In this document: one piece after another, positions 38,919 to 48,668 of the stretch
Layout: every line of letters starts with the position of its first letter
Numbering within the stretch: position 1 is the stretch's first letter
Virus record (IMG/VR): IMGVR_UViG_3300012347_000520
Coordinates: 14,642 to 78,641 of that record
DNA: 64,000 nt
Direction: 5' to 3' (one strand)
Source of the DNA: a virus
Taxonomy: Duplodnaviria; Heunggongvirae; Uroviricota; Caudoviricetes
Program-made: the position numbers and the translations under genes
Notes under the pieces: model-generated
Seen by the model: only the letters and a program-made list of their open reading frames with translations
Told to the model about the DNA's origin: nothing
Databases searched by the model: none

Positions 38919-40886
38919 TTACTTGATAGGGCATGCGCCGGTTGCACATTCAGCATCCGTGATTTCATCGAAGCTGTTTGTATTGTTTAAGTCTACTTCA
39001 CCAAGTGTTTTCACATACTCTTGGTAATCTTGTTGTGTTACTACTTCTTGAGGAAGGTATAAGTAACCCAAGTCTTTAGCCGTTTTAGTAGGATCAGTTC
39101 TGTAGATGAAAGAAACACCTACATAACAATCCCAATTCTCTAGAAGCCAGTCAATAATTGCAGGCACTTCACTAGGATCGTAACTAATAGTTACTGAAGT
39201 ATTTTGTTGATTCCACGAAGTCTGTAAGAGCTTATAACGCTCTAGCTGAACAATTGCGGACTCAATATTAACTTCTTTACCATCAACCTCGTCGAAAGGT
39301 ACTCCGTCCCACATCACAGGGAATGTTACCAATACTCCACTATCATCCACAGGGTGGTTGATAACACGATAGCCAGCGTCACGAAGCTTCTCCACGACTG
39401 GGTCATGCTTGCTAAACTGCACATTGTTGAAGATGTACTTTCCAAGTGGTTTGTGTACTCCTTCGGTCGTATCCATAATTTTGGACAGTGTGCCAGACGG
39501 CTTAATACAAGTAACGTTTTTAGGTGCTGGTAAGCCCAATTCGTTAGCCATACCAATAGCAGCACCAGTAGCAGTACGCTTAAGATACTCATAGTCATAA
39601 CTTCCCATGTCTGGACGCATAGCGATACCAGTTAAACCTACTCCGCATAAGCGCAAGAAGTAGTTATTTAAATGCCAAGATTCTTGCAAGATACCGTCAT
39701 TTAAGTCTACGCAAGTCTGACGGTAGTTAGCACGAGCAGCTAAACGAATAGCTGCGTGTAAGCCAGCAGTATCACCTTTAAATTTAGCAATATCGGTTTC
39801 TGTTAAGTTACAGAAAGCCTTATTACCTAACAAGATCTCTACACATGGGTTAGCACCTTTAAACCAAGGAGCACGACGTAGAGCTTCTACTTCGTTAATA
39901 AATCCTGGCTCTGAACCGCCTGCTTTAATCATCATCGCAAAGATTTTTTCTAAGTCTGATTTTAAAGGAGTCTTTTTAAACACTAAAGAGTTATTAGACT
40001 GTGTACGGTGTGCATTATTGTGCAACCACCAATCTTTTTTGGCTACCGCAAACTCTTGCCACTCTGGTTGATCGTAATCGAAAAGAGCAATTTCAGCGCT
40101 TCGGCGGCTACTGAGAATAGTACCCAGATGATTAACAATGTCCAGAATATCCATCCTAGTGAGTAAACTATCAGCACGACCATTAAGAATATTGGCAATA
40201 CTAACATAAGCGCTGCTAATAGCAGCATCCCCAGAACTAATCCATCCATAGCCTTTTAACCTTTCACCAGCTGGGCGTAACTGCGAGAAGTCAAGAACCA
40301 GCGTATCAGCAGGATACTTGCCTGCAATTAGTTTACCAATAGACTTAGCCCAAGCTTCAGCTGAGTCGCCTACTTGAATAGTCCAAATCTTTGTTTCTTG
40401 ATCAAATGTTTCTACGTTTTTTTCATTACCGCCTTTACCTGTGCGGGTTGAGCGTACAACTTTGATATTTTTAATAGGCTTTGAAAAGCCGTTTAGTGTT
40501 CCCACGATTGGTTTGAAACCAACGCCGCAACCTTGTAGCAATAGCCATAAGACGTCAACTACGTCATAGATTGTTTCAACGTGTGTAAACGAACAGTTAA
40601 ACTGAGACGCTTCACGTGTTTTAGCTACATTAGTACCACCAAGCCATAGTGTACGGCCTGACATTAATACTTTGCGATCTAGCATTAACTGCTCTAGATC
40701 ATATAATTCTGCATACTCTAAGTCATTTAAATCACGATTTACAGCACGTTCCCACAACCATTGTTGATGGTCAATAACGCGAGCTACCGTTTCTTGCCAT
40801 GTTTCAAAGTTCTTGCCGTCATCACTAGTTGGACGGTTATATGTACGACGTGTAATTACCTGTGCTCGTGTAGATGGTGTATTCAT
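38919..40886 (-). CDS. nrdJ: ribonucleotide reductase, probably class II (B12-dependent, NrdJ-like)
   Basis: 655-aa RNR-like catalytic protein with a C-terminal redox Cys pair in tail CATGACPIK. No NrdB/NrdG partner in the window. Glutaredoxin encoded nearby. Class assignment is from memory. Confidence 0.55.
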   Translation of the reverse strand: MNTPSTRAQVITRRTYNRPTSDDGKNFETWQETVARVIDHQQWLWERAVNRDLNDLEYAELYDLEQLMLDRKVLMSGRTLWLGGTNVAKTREASQFNCSFTHVETIYDVVDVLWLLLQGCGVGFKPIVGTLNGFSKPIKNIKVVRSTRTGKGGNEKNVETFDQETKIWTIQVGDSAEAWAKSIGKLIAGKYPADTLVLDFSQLRPAGERLKGYGWISSGDAAISSAYVSIANILNGRADSLLTRMDILDIVNHLGTILSSRRSAEIALFDYDQPEWQEFAVAKKDWWLHNNAHRTQSNNSLVFKKTPLKSDLEKIFAMMIKAGGSEPGFINEVEALRRAPWFKGANPCVEILLGNKAFCNLTETDIAKFKGDTAGLHAAIRLAARANYRQTCVDLNDGILQESWHLNNYFLRLCGVGLTGIAMRPDMGSYDYEYLKRTATGAAIGMANELGLPAPKNVTCIKPSGTLSKIMDTTEGVHKPLGKYIFNNVQFSKHDPVVEKLRDAGYRVINHPVDDSGVLVTFPVMWDGVPFDEVDGKEVNIESAIVQLERYKLLQTSWNQQNTSVTISYDPSEVPAIIDWLLENWDCYVGVSFIYRTDPTKTAKDLGYLYLPQEVVTQQDYQEYVKTLGEVDLNNTNSFDEITDAECATGACPIK

Positions 40887-40894
40887 TTATTTCC

Positions 40895-41368
40895 TTAATT
40901 TATTCCGGTACTGCCGAATCCGCCAGTACCACGTTCTGTGTCATTCCAGTTATCTACAAAGTCGACTAATACGATTGGTTGGACTACAAGCTGTGCAATT
41001 CGATCACCTTGGACGATCAAATATGGCTTGTCCGAAGTATTTTTTAGCAAAACTTTTAAATTTCCACGATAATCGGAATCAATTACGCCAACAGAATGAG
41101 GGATTGTAATTCCCTTTTTCCCTTGCGAACTCCTGTTATAAATAAGGCCAACAAAGCCTCGTGGAATTTTGACCGCTATACCTGTATCAACAAGTTTTTG
41201 CTCATTTGGAGCGATCTCAAGTTCTGTGTTAGAACACTCAAACCACGCAAAAAGATCGGCACCTGCATCTGTTGCGTGTGCACGTTGTGGTAGTTTAGCT
41301 AAGGGCTGTACTTGGCATTGAATCTTTGGTACGCTCATTTCGCCGAATGTATTATAGTTATAGTTCAT
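40895..41368 (-). CDS. dut: dUTP diphosphatase (dUTPase)
   Basis: Trimeric dUTPase motifs AGADL, GVIDSDYRG, GDRIAQL, RGTGGFGSTG. Confidence 0.9.
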   Translation of the reverse strand: MNYNYNTFGEMSVPKIQCQVQPLAKLPQRAHATDAGADLFAWFECSNTELEIAPNEQKLVDTGIAVKIPRGFVGLIYNRSSQGKKGITIPHSVGVIDSDYRGNLKVLLKNTSDKPYLIVQGDRIAQLVVQPIVLVDFVDNWNDTERGTGGFGSTGIN

Positions 41369-42213
41369 TGTGTATATAATTCTAGAATTTGATCAATTTC
41401 TTTACAGTTATCGACTCCGACTGCTTCTTCACAGTGCGTTACTAAGTCCATTAACTGATAATTTAGCATGAGCTGATCTTTGCATTTGTTCAGCTCTTGA
41501 ATGTATTTATACTTGCCGTTTAAAGGGATGCTGGCAATAATATCCCATGTAGAACCGAACTCTTCAACAAGGCTAAGCGCACGTTTTGGCCCAATGCTTG
41601 GAACGCCAAAAACGTTATCGCCTGTATCGCCCATTAGACACTTAATAGAAATATAATCTTCTTGTGACCATTCGTAGTGTTCAGACCAGTTTTCGTGGGT
41701 TACTTCTTTACGAGTAACATACGAAAAACGAGAAACCCCAGGCTCGACTAATAAGTCCCAATCTCGGTCAGACGAGATCAGCCAAATTTCATCAAACTTG
41801 AGGAATTTCTTTTTTGATACAATGTACGCAGCAATATCGTCAGCCTCAACTCCTTGGAATTTAATAACTGGATATTCAGTATTTTCTTTGATATGTTCTA
41901 GCGTAGCTAAAAAGTCTTCAAAGAAAATTTCAAACGCTGCTGCTTCTGCATCTGTTTGTGTTGCTTGTTTATCTTTACGGTTTTGCTTGTATTCAGGGTA
42001 AAGCTCTTTGCGATAGCTAGAGGAGCCTTGGTCACATGCCATAATAACGTGTGAGGCTTTGTAGCTTTTCTTTAGGCTATTAACTGTACGAAGATAGTCT
42101 TCAGCAAAATCGGTAGCACCACTATGCTTATAGCGAAACGCTAAGTTAAGTGAGTCTACAATAAGTAGTACGTTTTTAGATTCGTTGATTTGTGTAAATG
42201 ATTTAACGGACAT
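41365..42213 (-). CDS. flap endonuclease / 5'-3' exonuclease (T5 D15 / RNase H-like)
   Basis: LLIVDSLNLAFRY N-terminal PIN-like motif. H3TH motif MGDTGDNVFGVPSIGPKRA. Acidic catalytic residues spaced as in FEN family. Confidence 0.8.
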   Translation of the reverse strand: MSVKSFTQINESKNVLLIVDSLNLAFRYKHSGATDFAEDYLRTVNSLKKSYKASHVIMACDQGSSSYRKELYPEYKQNRKDKQATQTDAEAAAFEIFFEDFLATLEHIKENTEYPVIKFQGVEADDIAAYIVSKKKFLKFDEIWLISSDRDWDLLVEPGVSRFSYVTRKEVTHENWSEHYEWSQEDYISIKCLMGDTGDNVFGVPSIGPKRALSLVEEFGSTWDIIASIPLNGKYKYIQELNKCKDQLMLNYQLMDLVTHCEEAVGVDNCKEIDQILELYTQ

Positions 42214-42391
42214 TTTCTTTGGTACAAGTTATTGTTAGAGTTTTGTTATTGCCTTCATTATTAGTATTAGTAATAATGGTACCTAACTTACAGTTATTAA
42301 GAAAGGCACTAGTAGTGCTTCGGGCTTCTGACATATCCCAAGAGCACCCTGTTAGAAGTAGCGCAATTATTAGTGTATATATTGTTTTCAT
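42203..42391 (-). CDS. small lipoprotein (62 aa)
   Basis: Signal peptide with lipobox LLTGC. Short Asn/Thr-rich mature part containing two Cys. Confidence 0.45.
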   Translation of the reverse strand: MKTIYTLIIALLLTGCSWDMSEARSTTSAFLNNCKLGTIITNTNNEGNNKTLTITCTKENVR

Positions 42392-42422
42392 TTTATAATT
42401 ATACCAAAGACAAGCTCGCTGT

Positions 42423-42881
42423 TCAAGTTACAAATTGTGGTTGCTCGTACTTTAACCAATCTTCGAGTAAGGCAACATAAAATTCGTGCGACTCGTGGTT
42501 ATAGTAAATACATCTATATGCTTGTGTATTAGGCATATCATCGAAAGCAACAAATACCTTGCTGCGATCAAATTTAAAGATTAGCAAAGGTTTTTTACCA
42601 ACTTGCGTACCTTGACGAACTGACTGTTCCCAAAATTCCACTAATTGCGGAGTCTTAGAAGTTAGTAAGTGTGAAGTAAGATGGTCTTCTTTGTAACCTT
42701 TGACTTCTACGCACCATAGATTAGTTCGACCAGGCACATACAAATCGCCTTTTAACAGATGTTTAGGGTCAAGAGCACCAGAGCCAGGCACTCTTTCCCA
42801 CCCCAAACCGGTGTGCTTTTTTAAGAGGTCACGTACTGTTGTTTCAGTACGTGCACCCTTAGCTCTAGCGTCTACGACCAT
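42423..42881 (-). CDS. PD-(D/E)xK-type nuclease, putative Holliday-junction resolvase-like
   Basis: N-terminal GARTETTVRDLL..GW..VPGSG and a D..VEVKG core, resembling Hjc/VRR-NUC type nucleases. Sits in the recombination cluster next to SbcCD. Confidence 0.4.
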   Translation of the reverse strand: MVVDARAKGARTETTVRDLLKKHTGLGWERVPGSGALDPKHLLKGDLYVPGRTNLWCVEVKGYKEDHLTSHLLTSKTPQLVEFWEQSVRQGTQVGKKPLLIFKFDRSKVFVAFDDMPNTQAYRCIYYNHESHEFYVALLEDWLKYEQPQFVT

Positions 42882-43219
42882 TACTTTTTCGCGGCAACCG
42901 GAGCTGGAGTTTCCACGCTGGGAGGTACTACGGAAACTGGAGCTGTTTCTTCTTTAGTTTCTTCCTTAGTTTCTTCTGTATTTGTAGTTTCAACAACTAC
43001 TGGAGCAGGCTCAGTAGTTACTTCAACTGTAGAGATAGTAGCTTTTTCACCTTTTGGCACTACAACTACTTGAGATTCGTCAATGCAGTAAACTACATCA
43101 CCACCAGCAACAATAGTTTCTACTTCTTCTGGAGTGATTTGCATATTTGGAAACAATACGCACTCTTCACCGTCACGAGTAATAGTACAAATACCTTCAA
43201 CTGATTCAATTTTAATCAT
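42881..43219 (-). CDS. hypothetical acidic protein
   Basis: 112-aa ORF coupled by start/stop overlaps to its neighbours. C-terminal Thr/Glu/Pro/Val-rich low-complexity tail. Confidence 0.4.
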   Translation of the reverse strand: MIKIESVEGICTITRDGEECVLFPNMQITPEEVETIVAGGDVVYCIDESQVVVVPKGEKATISTVEVTTEPAPVVVETTNTEETKEETKEETAPVSVVPPSVETPAPVAAKK

Positions 43220-43221
43220 GT

Positions 43222-45054
43222 TTAACTTTCAATTTGTGAAATGTTGTTGTTTTTAACAACGTTAATCTTCTCTAGCAAAGGATGGGTAAACCCATGAGAT
43301 ACTAGGAATGTGTTTAAATATTCTTCTTTTAGAAGAACCTCAACTAATCTTTCTTTTCCGTCAACGTCTAGCGTTTCTACGGTTTCGTCAAGAATTAGTA
43401 AATTAATACGAGAACTAGATAAGGACTGCATTAACTTACGAATGGCTAATAAGGTTGCTACGTTTACACGAGCACGCTCACCGCCTGATAATGCAAGAAT
43501 ATCAATATCCTTACTATTATCCGTGATAACTACGTTTAGTTTATCGCTAGAACTAATACGGAAAGCAATCTGAAATCTACCATCAGATAGGTCGATCAAG
43601 TACTTATTAGTCAGCTCTTCTAAGTCCTTAACTAAACATTCTATTTTATAAGCTACTAAACCAGTTGTAGAGAAGGTTTTGGTTAAAACATTAATTAACC
43701 CCATTCTTTCAGATAGCTCGTGTAGAGTACCTGAATACTTCTCTAAATCTTCGTTCATTTCAACTAGTTGCTTAGAAACAATATCTACTCTTGTATTATG
43801 AGCTTCTGCTTCACGATTATGCTTTTCAGCCCTAGTGATTAGTACCTTTAAATCTGTAATTTCGTTCTGTAAAACATCGAATTGACGTTGCAATTCGTGT
43901 TGGTCTAGTAAGTCTTCTTGTAGAGACGTATCAATTAATGCGTGATACTTTTCCCATTCTTCTTTAGACTTAGTAGCTTTATCATATTCTGCAAGCTCTG
44001 ATTTATATTCTTGCTCTTTAACTGTGTAAGTAGTAAGAATAGTATTAACTTCTACAAGACGCTCATTAGCCTTAGTCTGTAAGTCTAGTTGCTCGTCTAA
44101 TAGAGCTTTAATTTTTGATTCATCAATAGCTTGCAAACAAGTAGGGCAAGTACCTTTAAGACCATTCATCTTTAATACAAAAGCTTTGGAGTCTTTTATT
44201 ACTTTGTTATTTTCTACTTGTTCTTTAACGTAAGAAGCCTTTTTAGTAGATAGGTCTTCTACTACTGGCATTTCAGGAATCGGGAATAACTTCAATGTAC
44301 CCTGAATCTGCTTATAAGTATTATTTTTAGTAATCTTTTTATTTGTAGCTTCTAGGTTAGAGATATTAGCAGACAACTCACCTTGCTTAGCAATTAAGTC
44401 ATCAGGAGTTTTAGGGATCTCTACTAAGTCTCTAGTAGTCAGATCAGTATTACTGTATTTATCTAACCAAGTATTCACTGTATTGATCTGAGACTGTATA
44501 ATAGCAATCTCTTTAGATACGTCTTGCGCTACTTCTTTAAAGATTTCCTGAGCCTTAGTATACTTACCTAAGTTCAGTAATTCAATTAGGAACTTTTTCC
44601 GAGCCGTGTCTGGCGCAGTAAGAAATTCTAAGCTGGAAGCGTGTGATTGGTATACGATTTGTGCAAAGGTTTTATGGTCAAACCCGATAATATCTTCAAT
44701 TTGCTTATAGGTTGCTGTGGCTGTATGGGCAGAAATATCGTTTCCACCCCTGTATAATTTAACTGTTTGCGAACTACCACGAGAACTCTTGATTTGGTAT
44801 TCTGTACCGTCTTTATCGAAGTCTAATTCGATAGTGTACGATTTATCCTTAATATAACGATTAAGGATATCAGCTTTCTTGATACCCTTGCTGTTCTTAT
44901 TAAACAATACTTCTTCAAGAATTAAGGCCACGCTGGATTTACCGTGGCCATTTTTACCTACAAGCTGAGTTAAAGGACTATTAACAAAGCTTACCTCGTT
45001 ATCTTTACCATATGAAAAGGCATTAGACCAACGTAAGGTTTTTAGTGTAATCAT
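43222..45054 (-). CDS. sbcC: SbcC/Rad50-like recombination ATPase (gp46-like)
   Basis: Walker A GKNGHGKSS, long coiled coils with a CPTC zinc hook, ABC signature LSGGERARV and Walker B LLILDE. Confidence 0.8.
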   Translation of the reverse strand: MITLKTLRWSNAFSYGKDNEVSFVNSPLTQLVGKNGHGKSSVALILEEVLFNKNSKGIKKADILNRYIKDKSYTIELDFDKDGTEYQIKSSRGSSQTVKLYRGGNDISAHTATATYKQIEDIIGFDHKTFAQIVYQSHASSLEFLTAPDTARKKFLIELLNLGKYTKAQEIFKEVAQDVSKEIAIIQSQINTVNTWLDKYSNTDLTTRDLVEIPKTPDDLIAKQGELSANISNLEATNKKITKNNTYKQIQGTLKLFPIPEMPVVEDLSTKKASYVKEQVENNKVIKDSKAFVLKMNGLKGTCPTCLQAIDESKIKALLDEQLDLQTKANERLVEVNTILTTYTVKEQEYKSELAEYDKATKSKEEWEKYHALIDTSLQEDLLDQHELQRQFDVLQNEITDLKVLITRAEKHNREAEAHNTRVDIVSKQLVEMNEDLEKYSGTLHELSERMGLINVLTKTFSTTGLVAYKIECLVKDLEELTNKYLIDLSDGRFQIAFRISSSDKLNVVITDNSKDIDILALSGGERARVNVATLLAIRKLMQSLSSSRINLLILDETVETLDVDGKERLVEVLLKEEYLNTFLVSHGFTHPLLEKINVVKNNNISQIES

Positions 45055-45294
45055 TTATAGAATCTTTCGAAGGGCTTCTAGTCCACCAATATACTTACCA
45101 TTTAGGAAAATCTGTGGCACACTACGAGCATCAGGCACTGCTGCAAGTAGATCTTGTTTTGTAGCGTTCTCGCCCAACATTTTTAGTTCATAAGGAATAC
45201 CCTTAATCTCTAATAGTGTTTTAGCTTGATTGCAGGCTAGGCAGTTGGCTTGTGACCATACTACGGCGGTATTACTGTTCGAATTTTTCTGCAT
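45055..45294 (-). CDS. glutaredoxin / NrdH-like redoxin
   Basis: 79 aa with a CLAC (CxxC) active site in a thioredoxin-fold context, ..GIPYE....., and C-terminal GG..L. Confidence 0.6.
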   Translation of the reverse strand: MQKNSNSNTAVVWSQANCLACNQAKTLLEIKGIPYELKMLGENATKQDLLAAVPDARSVPQIFLNGKYIGGLEALRKIL

Positions 45295-46231
45295 GATTTT
45301 GCATTTCCTTTAGTACGAGTTCTACTGTTTCAGCAGGTAACTCTAGGATGAAGGTTAAATACTCCGACACTTCTTCTGATAGTGTCATTGTAGGTTCAAG
45401 AATAAGTGTAGCTTCTGTAGATCGCTTGATAACTTTCTTATCAATCAAATCTGAATTTTCTAGTTCTGCAAGTTCCTGCATATCGCCTTCGACTTCATAC
45501 ATAATATGGTCAAAGATACCTGCTGGCTTTTCGTCCTGCACATTAACTGTTTTCTTAATTAGCTGTGGTAAGTTGAATTTTAGCCACTCATGTTCTAGTG
45601 TATCCGCATCTAGTAATATAGCGCCAGTATCTACTCTAGTTCTGTGAAAGCTAGTAGTATAAGGACTACCTGGGTACAAGATATTACGCTGAGAATTCTC
45701 GTAAGAGTGTAAGTCTCCAGCTAATACCACTTGCCAGCGATCTAGTAGGCTGAGATCAATCTCTGGTTTAACGTGTGGTGGAATCTCTCCACGAACGTGA
45801 GTACACAAGATTTTTCCTGAAAATGGGTGTCCATTCTTCTCGAAGTCTTTTAGATTATTATAAGGAATAATATCTAAACTAAATCCTACATTCTCGTAGT
45901 AGTCGTCTACTAAGGTTACTAGAGGATTTAAACGATGCGTGGACTTCTTTAAGTAAGTTAAGAAAGTAGTGTCTTTCTTAAGCATTTCGTGATTACCTGC
46001 ATAGATAATCGTAGGCTTTTTGAAGCTAGCAACAAAGTCGAAATATAGTTCGACTTCATCCATTGTTGGTAAGCGGTCAAACACATCACCACCAATAATT
46101 ACTAGATCTGCCTGTTTCTGCATTTCTGCAAACTGTTCAACGAATAGTGCAAAACGATTACGTGCCCAATCAATAGGAACGTTCTTTTGACCTAATTTAA
46201 TGTGCACATCCGCTGTGAATAATATTTTCAT
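45272..46231 (-). CDS. sbcD: SbcD/Mre11-like nuclease (gp47-like)
   Basis: Calcineurin-like phosphoesterase motifs DVH, GGDVFD, GNHE. Adjacent to sbcC. Confidence 0.8.
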   Translation of the reverse strand: MKILFTADVHIKLGQKNVPIDWARNRFALFVEQFAEMQKQADLVIIGGDVFDRLPTMDEVELYFDFVASFKKPTIIYAGNHEMLKKDTTFLTYLKKSTHRLNPLVTLVDDYYENVGFSLDIIPYNNLKDFEKNGHPFSGKILCTHVRGEIPPHVKPEIDLSLLDRWQVVLAGDLHSYENSQRNILYPGSPYTTSFHRTRVDTGAILLDADTLEHEWLKFNLPQLIKKTVNVQDEKPAGIFDHIMYEVEGDMQELAELENSDLIDKKVIKRSTEATLILEPTMTLSEEVSEYLTFILELPAETVELVLKEMQNHAEKFEQ

Positions 46232-46242
46232 AATTTATCAGG

Positions 46243-46275
46243 CAAAAAAGCCCTCTAAGCATATAGATTAGAGGG
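46243..46275. terminator. bidirectional hairpin terminator
   Basis: aagccctcta-agcatatagat-tagagggctt flanked by A-run and T-run. Confidence 0.45.
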
Positions 46276-46284
46276 CTTGAGTTT

Positions 46285-46926
46285 TTATTCTAGATCTTTT
46301 ACTGCTTCTTTTTCAGCATCTGATTGGGCATCGTCGCCGTCAGTACCAGAAGTGATCTTTTCTAGCAGAGCCAATACTTCGGCTTCTGTAGGGCGAACAT
46401 ACTTCTCGTCAATAGCCTTTTCTGCATCAGCGACTGCGCGCTCTGCTTCGCTTAGGCTACGTTGTTTGCAACGCAGGACTTGAAGTTGATATTCAACGTT
46501 AAACGCCAATGGGCCTGTTTTAACGCGCTTGAATACAACATCCCAACCTGTATCGTAATCTGTTGGATCGCCCAAGTCTTCGGCTGCTGTCATGATTTGC
46601 TCAAACAGTTTCTTTTTAAGGTTAAGAGCCTTAACCTTACCGTCTTTAGGGTCGATACAGTTAATAGAGTAACTCCATGAGCACTTAGCTTCTGGGAAGA
46701 AGGCTTGCACATGATCTTTTTCAAGATTGTTAAACTTTTCTGCTTCACGGTCAAATGCCAAGCACTCAACTGGAATATCTTTATTATTAGAACCTTTTAG
46801 CCAGTACACATAACGTGGCAGAATTCCGCCAACTAAACGTACTGTATTTTCGCCGTCTTTATACTCAAAAGAATCTACTTTATTAGATTGTGCCTTGCCT
46901 TTGGTATTTTTAAAGCTAATTGCCAT
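46285..46926 (-). CDS. putative single-stranded DNA-binding protein (T7 gp2.5-like)
   Basis: 213 aa. N-terminal PRYVYWLKGSN resembles the gp2.5 PYAYIAKPD motif. Strongly acidic C-terminal tail (TDGDDAQSDAEKEAVKDLE). RBS GAGGAA. Confidence 0.4.
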   Translation of the reverse strand: MAISFKNTKGKAQSNKVDSFEYKDGENTVRLVGGILPRYVYWLKGSNNKDIPVECLAFDREAEKFNNLEKDHVQAFFPEAKCSWSYSINCIDPKDGKVKALNLKKKLFEQIMTAAEDLGDPTDYDTGWDVVFKRVKTGPLAFNVEYQLQVLRCKQRSLSEAERAVADAEKAIDEKYVRPTEAEVLALLEKITSGTDGDDAQSDAEKEAVKDLE

Positions 46927-47314
46927 TTGTTAATTCCTCGTATTTGAATTTTATTTGTTTGTTTGTAATTTCAAGCAATGGATTTGACTCCAAAGCGGGT
47001 AAGTTTAAATCGCTGAAATAGGTTAGATCTAAGTATTTAAGTCGGTGTGATTTATAAAATGAATAATCTCGTCGGGCCGCTAATCTTAGATACTGCGCTA
47101 GATAACGAATATCAGTGGTTTTGTCGTTGAAGAAGCTCTCAGGGTTTAACAAAAAACTACTTCCGGCTAGTGACTTTTGGATTGGCTTATAAACGCTTCG
47201 TGAATTTTTAGGTAGTGATCGTTTTTGCCAATAAAGCTTAAGAGCCTGAACCATATAGTACGGGTCACATAAAGTTTCCTGTTCTAATACTAAAATGTTG
47301 AAAAATAGAGTCAT
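46916..47314 (-). CDS. hypothetical protein
   Basis: 132-aa ORF filling the gap between the helicase and SSB genes. A promoter-like TTGTCA-17-TATAAT lies upstream. Confidence 0.4.
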   Translation of the reverse strand: MTLFFNILVLEQETLCDPYYMVQALKLYWQKRSLPKNSRSVYKPIQKSLAGSSFLLNPESFFNDKTTDIRYLAQYLRLAARRDYSFYKSHRLKYLDLTYFSDLNLPALESNPLLEITNKQIKFKYEELTNGN

Positions 47315-47333
47315 ATTCTCTCTTTCAGTAAAT

Positions 47334-47362
47334 ATTATAGCAGATTAGACAAGCAGTGACAA
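47334..47362 (-). promoter_or_regulatory. sigma70-like promoter on the minus strand (TTGTCA-17-TATAAT)
   Basis: Hexamers identified on the reverse complement of the 47315-47372 intergenic region. Confidence 0.4.
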
Positions 47363-47372
47363 GTCAATTTTT

Positions 47373-48668
47373 CTAAACGCTTATTATTTCCCAGCCTTTA
47401 CGCATATAAAGCCCAAGCCTGTCATTATTCTGTTTCTTATCAGCGAAACCAGAGAAATGTACATCGACCACTAAAGGGTTCAATTTATCCTCGTGTAATC
47501 GCTGAACCCTACCAACGATCTGCTCTAAAAGTGAGTCGTTGCTCATAGGTACTGCTAAAATTACGCAGGACAAGATGTTAACAGAAATGCCTTCTGAGAA
47601 GATTTGCCTAGAGCCACATACGCACTTCTTTTCTCCGCTAAGGAGTTGTGCTTTTGCTTTTTGTCTATCTTCAAACTCGGTATTTCCAGTAACCAGCACA
47701 CTTTCTTCACCAACATATTCTGAAACCTTTTCTAAGAATTCTACTCTATCTGCGATTACTAGGACACTATGTCCTTTATCCATTTGTGTTAAAGCTGTAG
47801 CAGCAATAAATCTTCTATAACTATCGTCTTGCGTTAATGCGTTAATCTTATCTACCCAAGTAGCGCCAGGCTTTAAGGTAATGCCTGGCTTTAGGATTAA
47901 TACCTTAGGAGTCATAGTATTAGACTGCGGAGGCTTAACAACGTGTGAGCCAAAATAATCTTTAAAGACTATGTGCTTTTGGTCTTTTCTGACCATAGTA
48001 CCCGATAATGCGACTCTATAACGGGCGTGGAAACTGTCGATAATGGCAGCAAATGTGGTGGCAGGACAGTGGTGGGCTTCGTCGAGGATAACACACCCGA
48101 ACTCTTTAGCGAGTTTGTCACAGTGCTTGACGAGGGTTTGGACATTAGCAACTGTGATAAAGTGGTCATCGTGGTCCACTCGTCCACCACCAATAATTCC
48201 GCATTTCTGCCCGAATAAGATTTTGATTTCTTCTGCCCACTGGTCTCGCAGAGCTGCGGTGTGTGTAATAACCAGTGTTTTTTGCCCGAACTTGTGGGCA
48301 AGGTGTAAAGCTGTGAAGGTTTTACCCCAGCCGACCAAAGCATTGATAAAAACCGTATCTGCCACTTCGTCGTAAACAACCTGCTGCTCAGCGCGTAAGG
48401 GAAATTTTGGAGTTGGGAATGGTACTGGTACGAGTGTTCGTTTATCGACAATTTCATATCCTTCTGGTATTAGCTCTTGTCTGCCTTGCGGAATAGAAAT
48501 AATACCTTTTGGTAAAATTTTATAGTTCTTGATAGTCTCGACAGCGGCAAATTTCTTTGAGCCAGTGTCTTTCTGAATTTTATACGTAAGAGCCTTCATG
48601 ATGGCTTTAGTCGCTTCTACCCCTGGATTATCCATGTAGATACGATTACTAATTATTGCTTTAGCCAT
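47373..48668 (-). CDS. superfamily II DEAD/DEAH-box helicase
   Basis: Motif I GWGKTFTA, motif II VILDEAHH, and a C-terminal helicase domain. Start chosen at MAKAI.., which overlaps the upstream stop (TAATG). The track ORF starts 15 nt earlier. Confidence 0.75.
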   Translation of the reverse strand: MAKAIISNRIYMDNPGVEATKAIMKALTYKIQKDTGSKKFAAVETIKNYKILPKGIISIPQGRQELIPEGYEIVDKRTLVPVPFPTPKFPLRAEQQVVYDEVADTVFINALVGWGKTFTALHLAHKFGQKTLVITHTAALRDQWAEEIKILFGQKCGIIGGGRVDHDDHFITVANVQTLVKHCDKLAKEFGCVILDEAHHCPATTFAAIIDSFHARYRVALSGTMVRKDQKHIVFKDYFGSHVVKPPQSNTMTPKVLILKPGITLKPGATWVDKINALTQDDSYRRFIAATALTQMDKGHSVLVIADRVEFLEKVSEYVGEESVLVTGNTEFEDRQKAKAQLLSGEKKCVCGSRQIFSEGISVNILSCVILAVPMSNDSLLEQIVGRVQRLHEDKLNPLVVDVHFSGFADKKQNNDRLGLYMRKGWEIISV

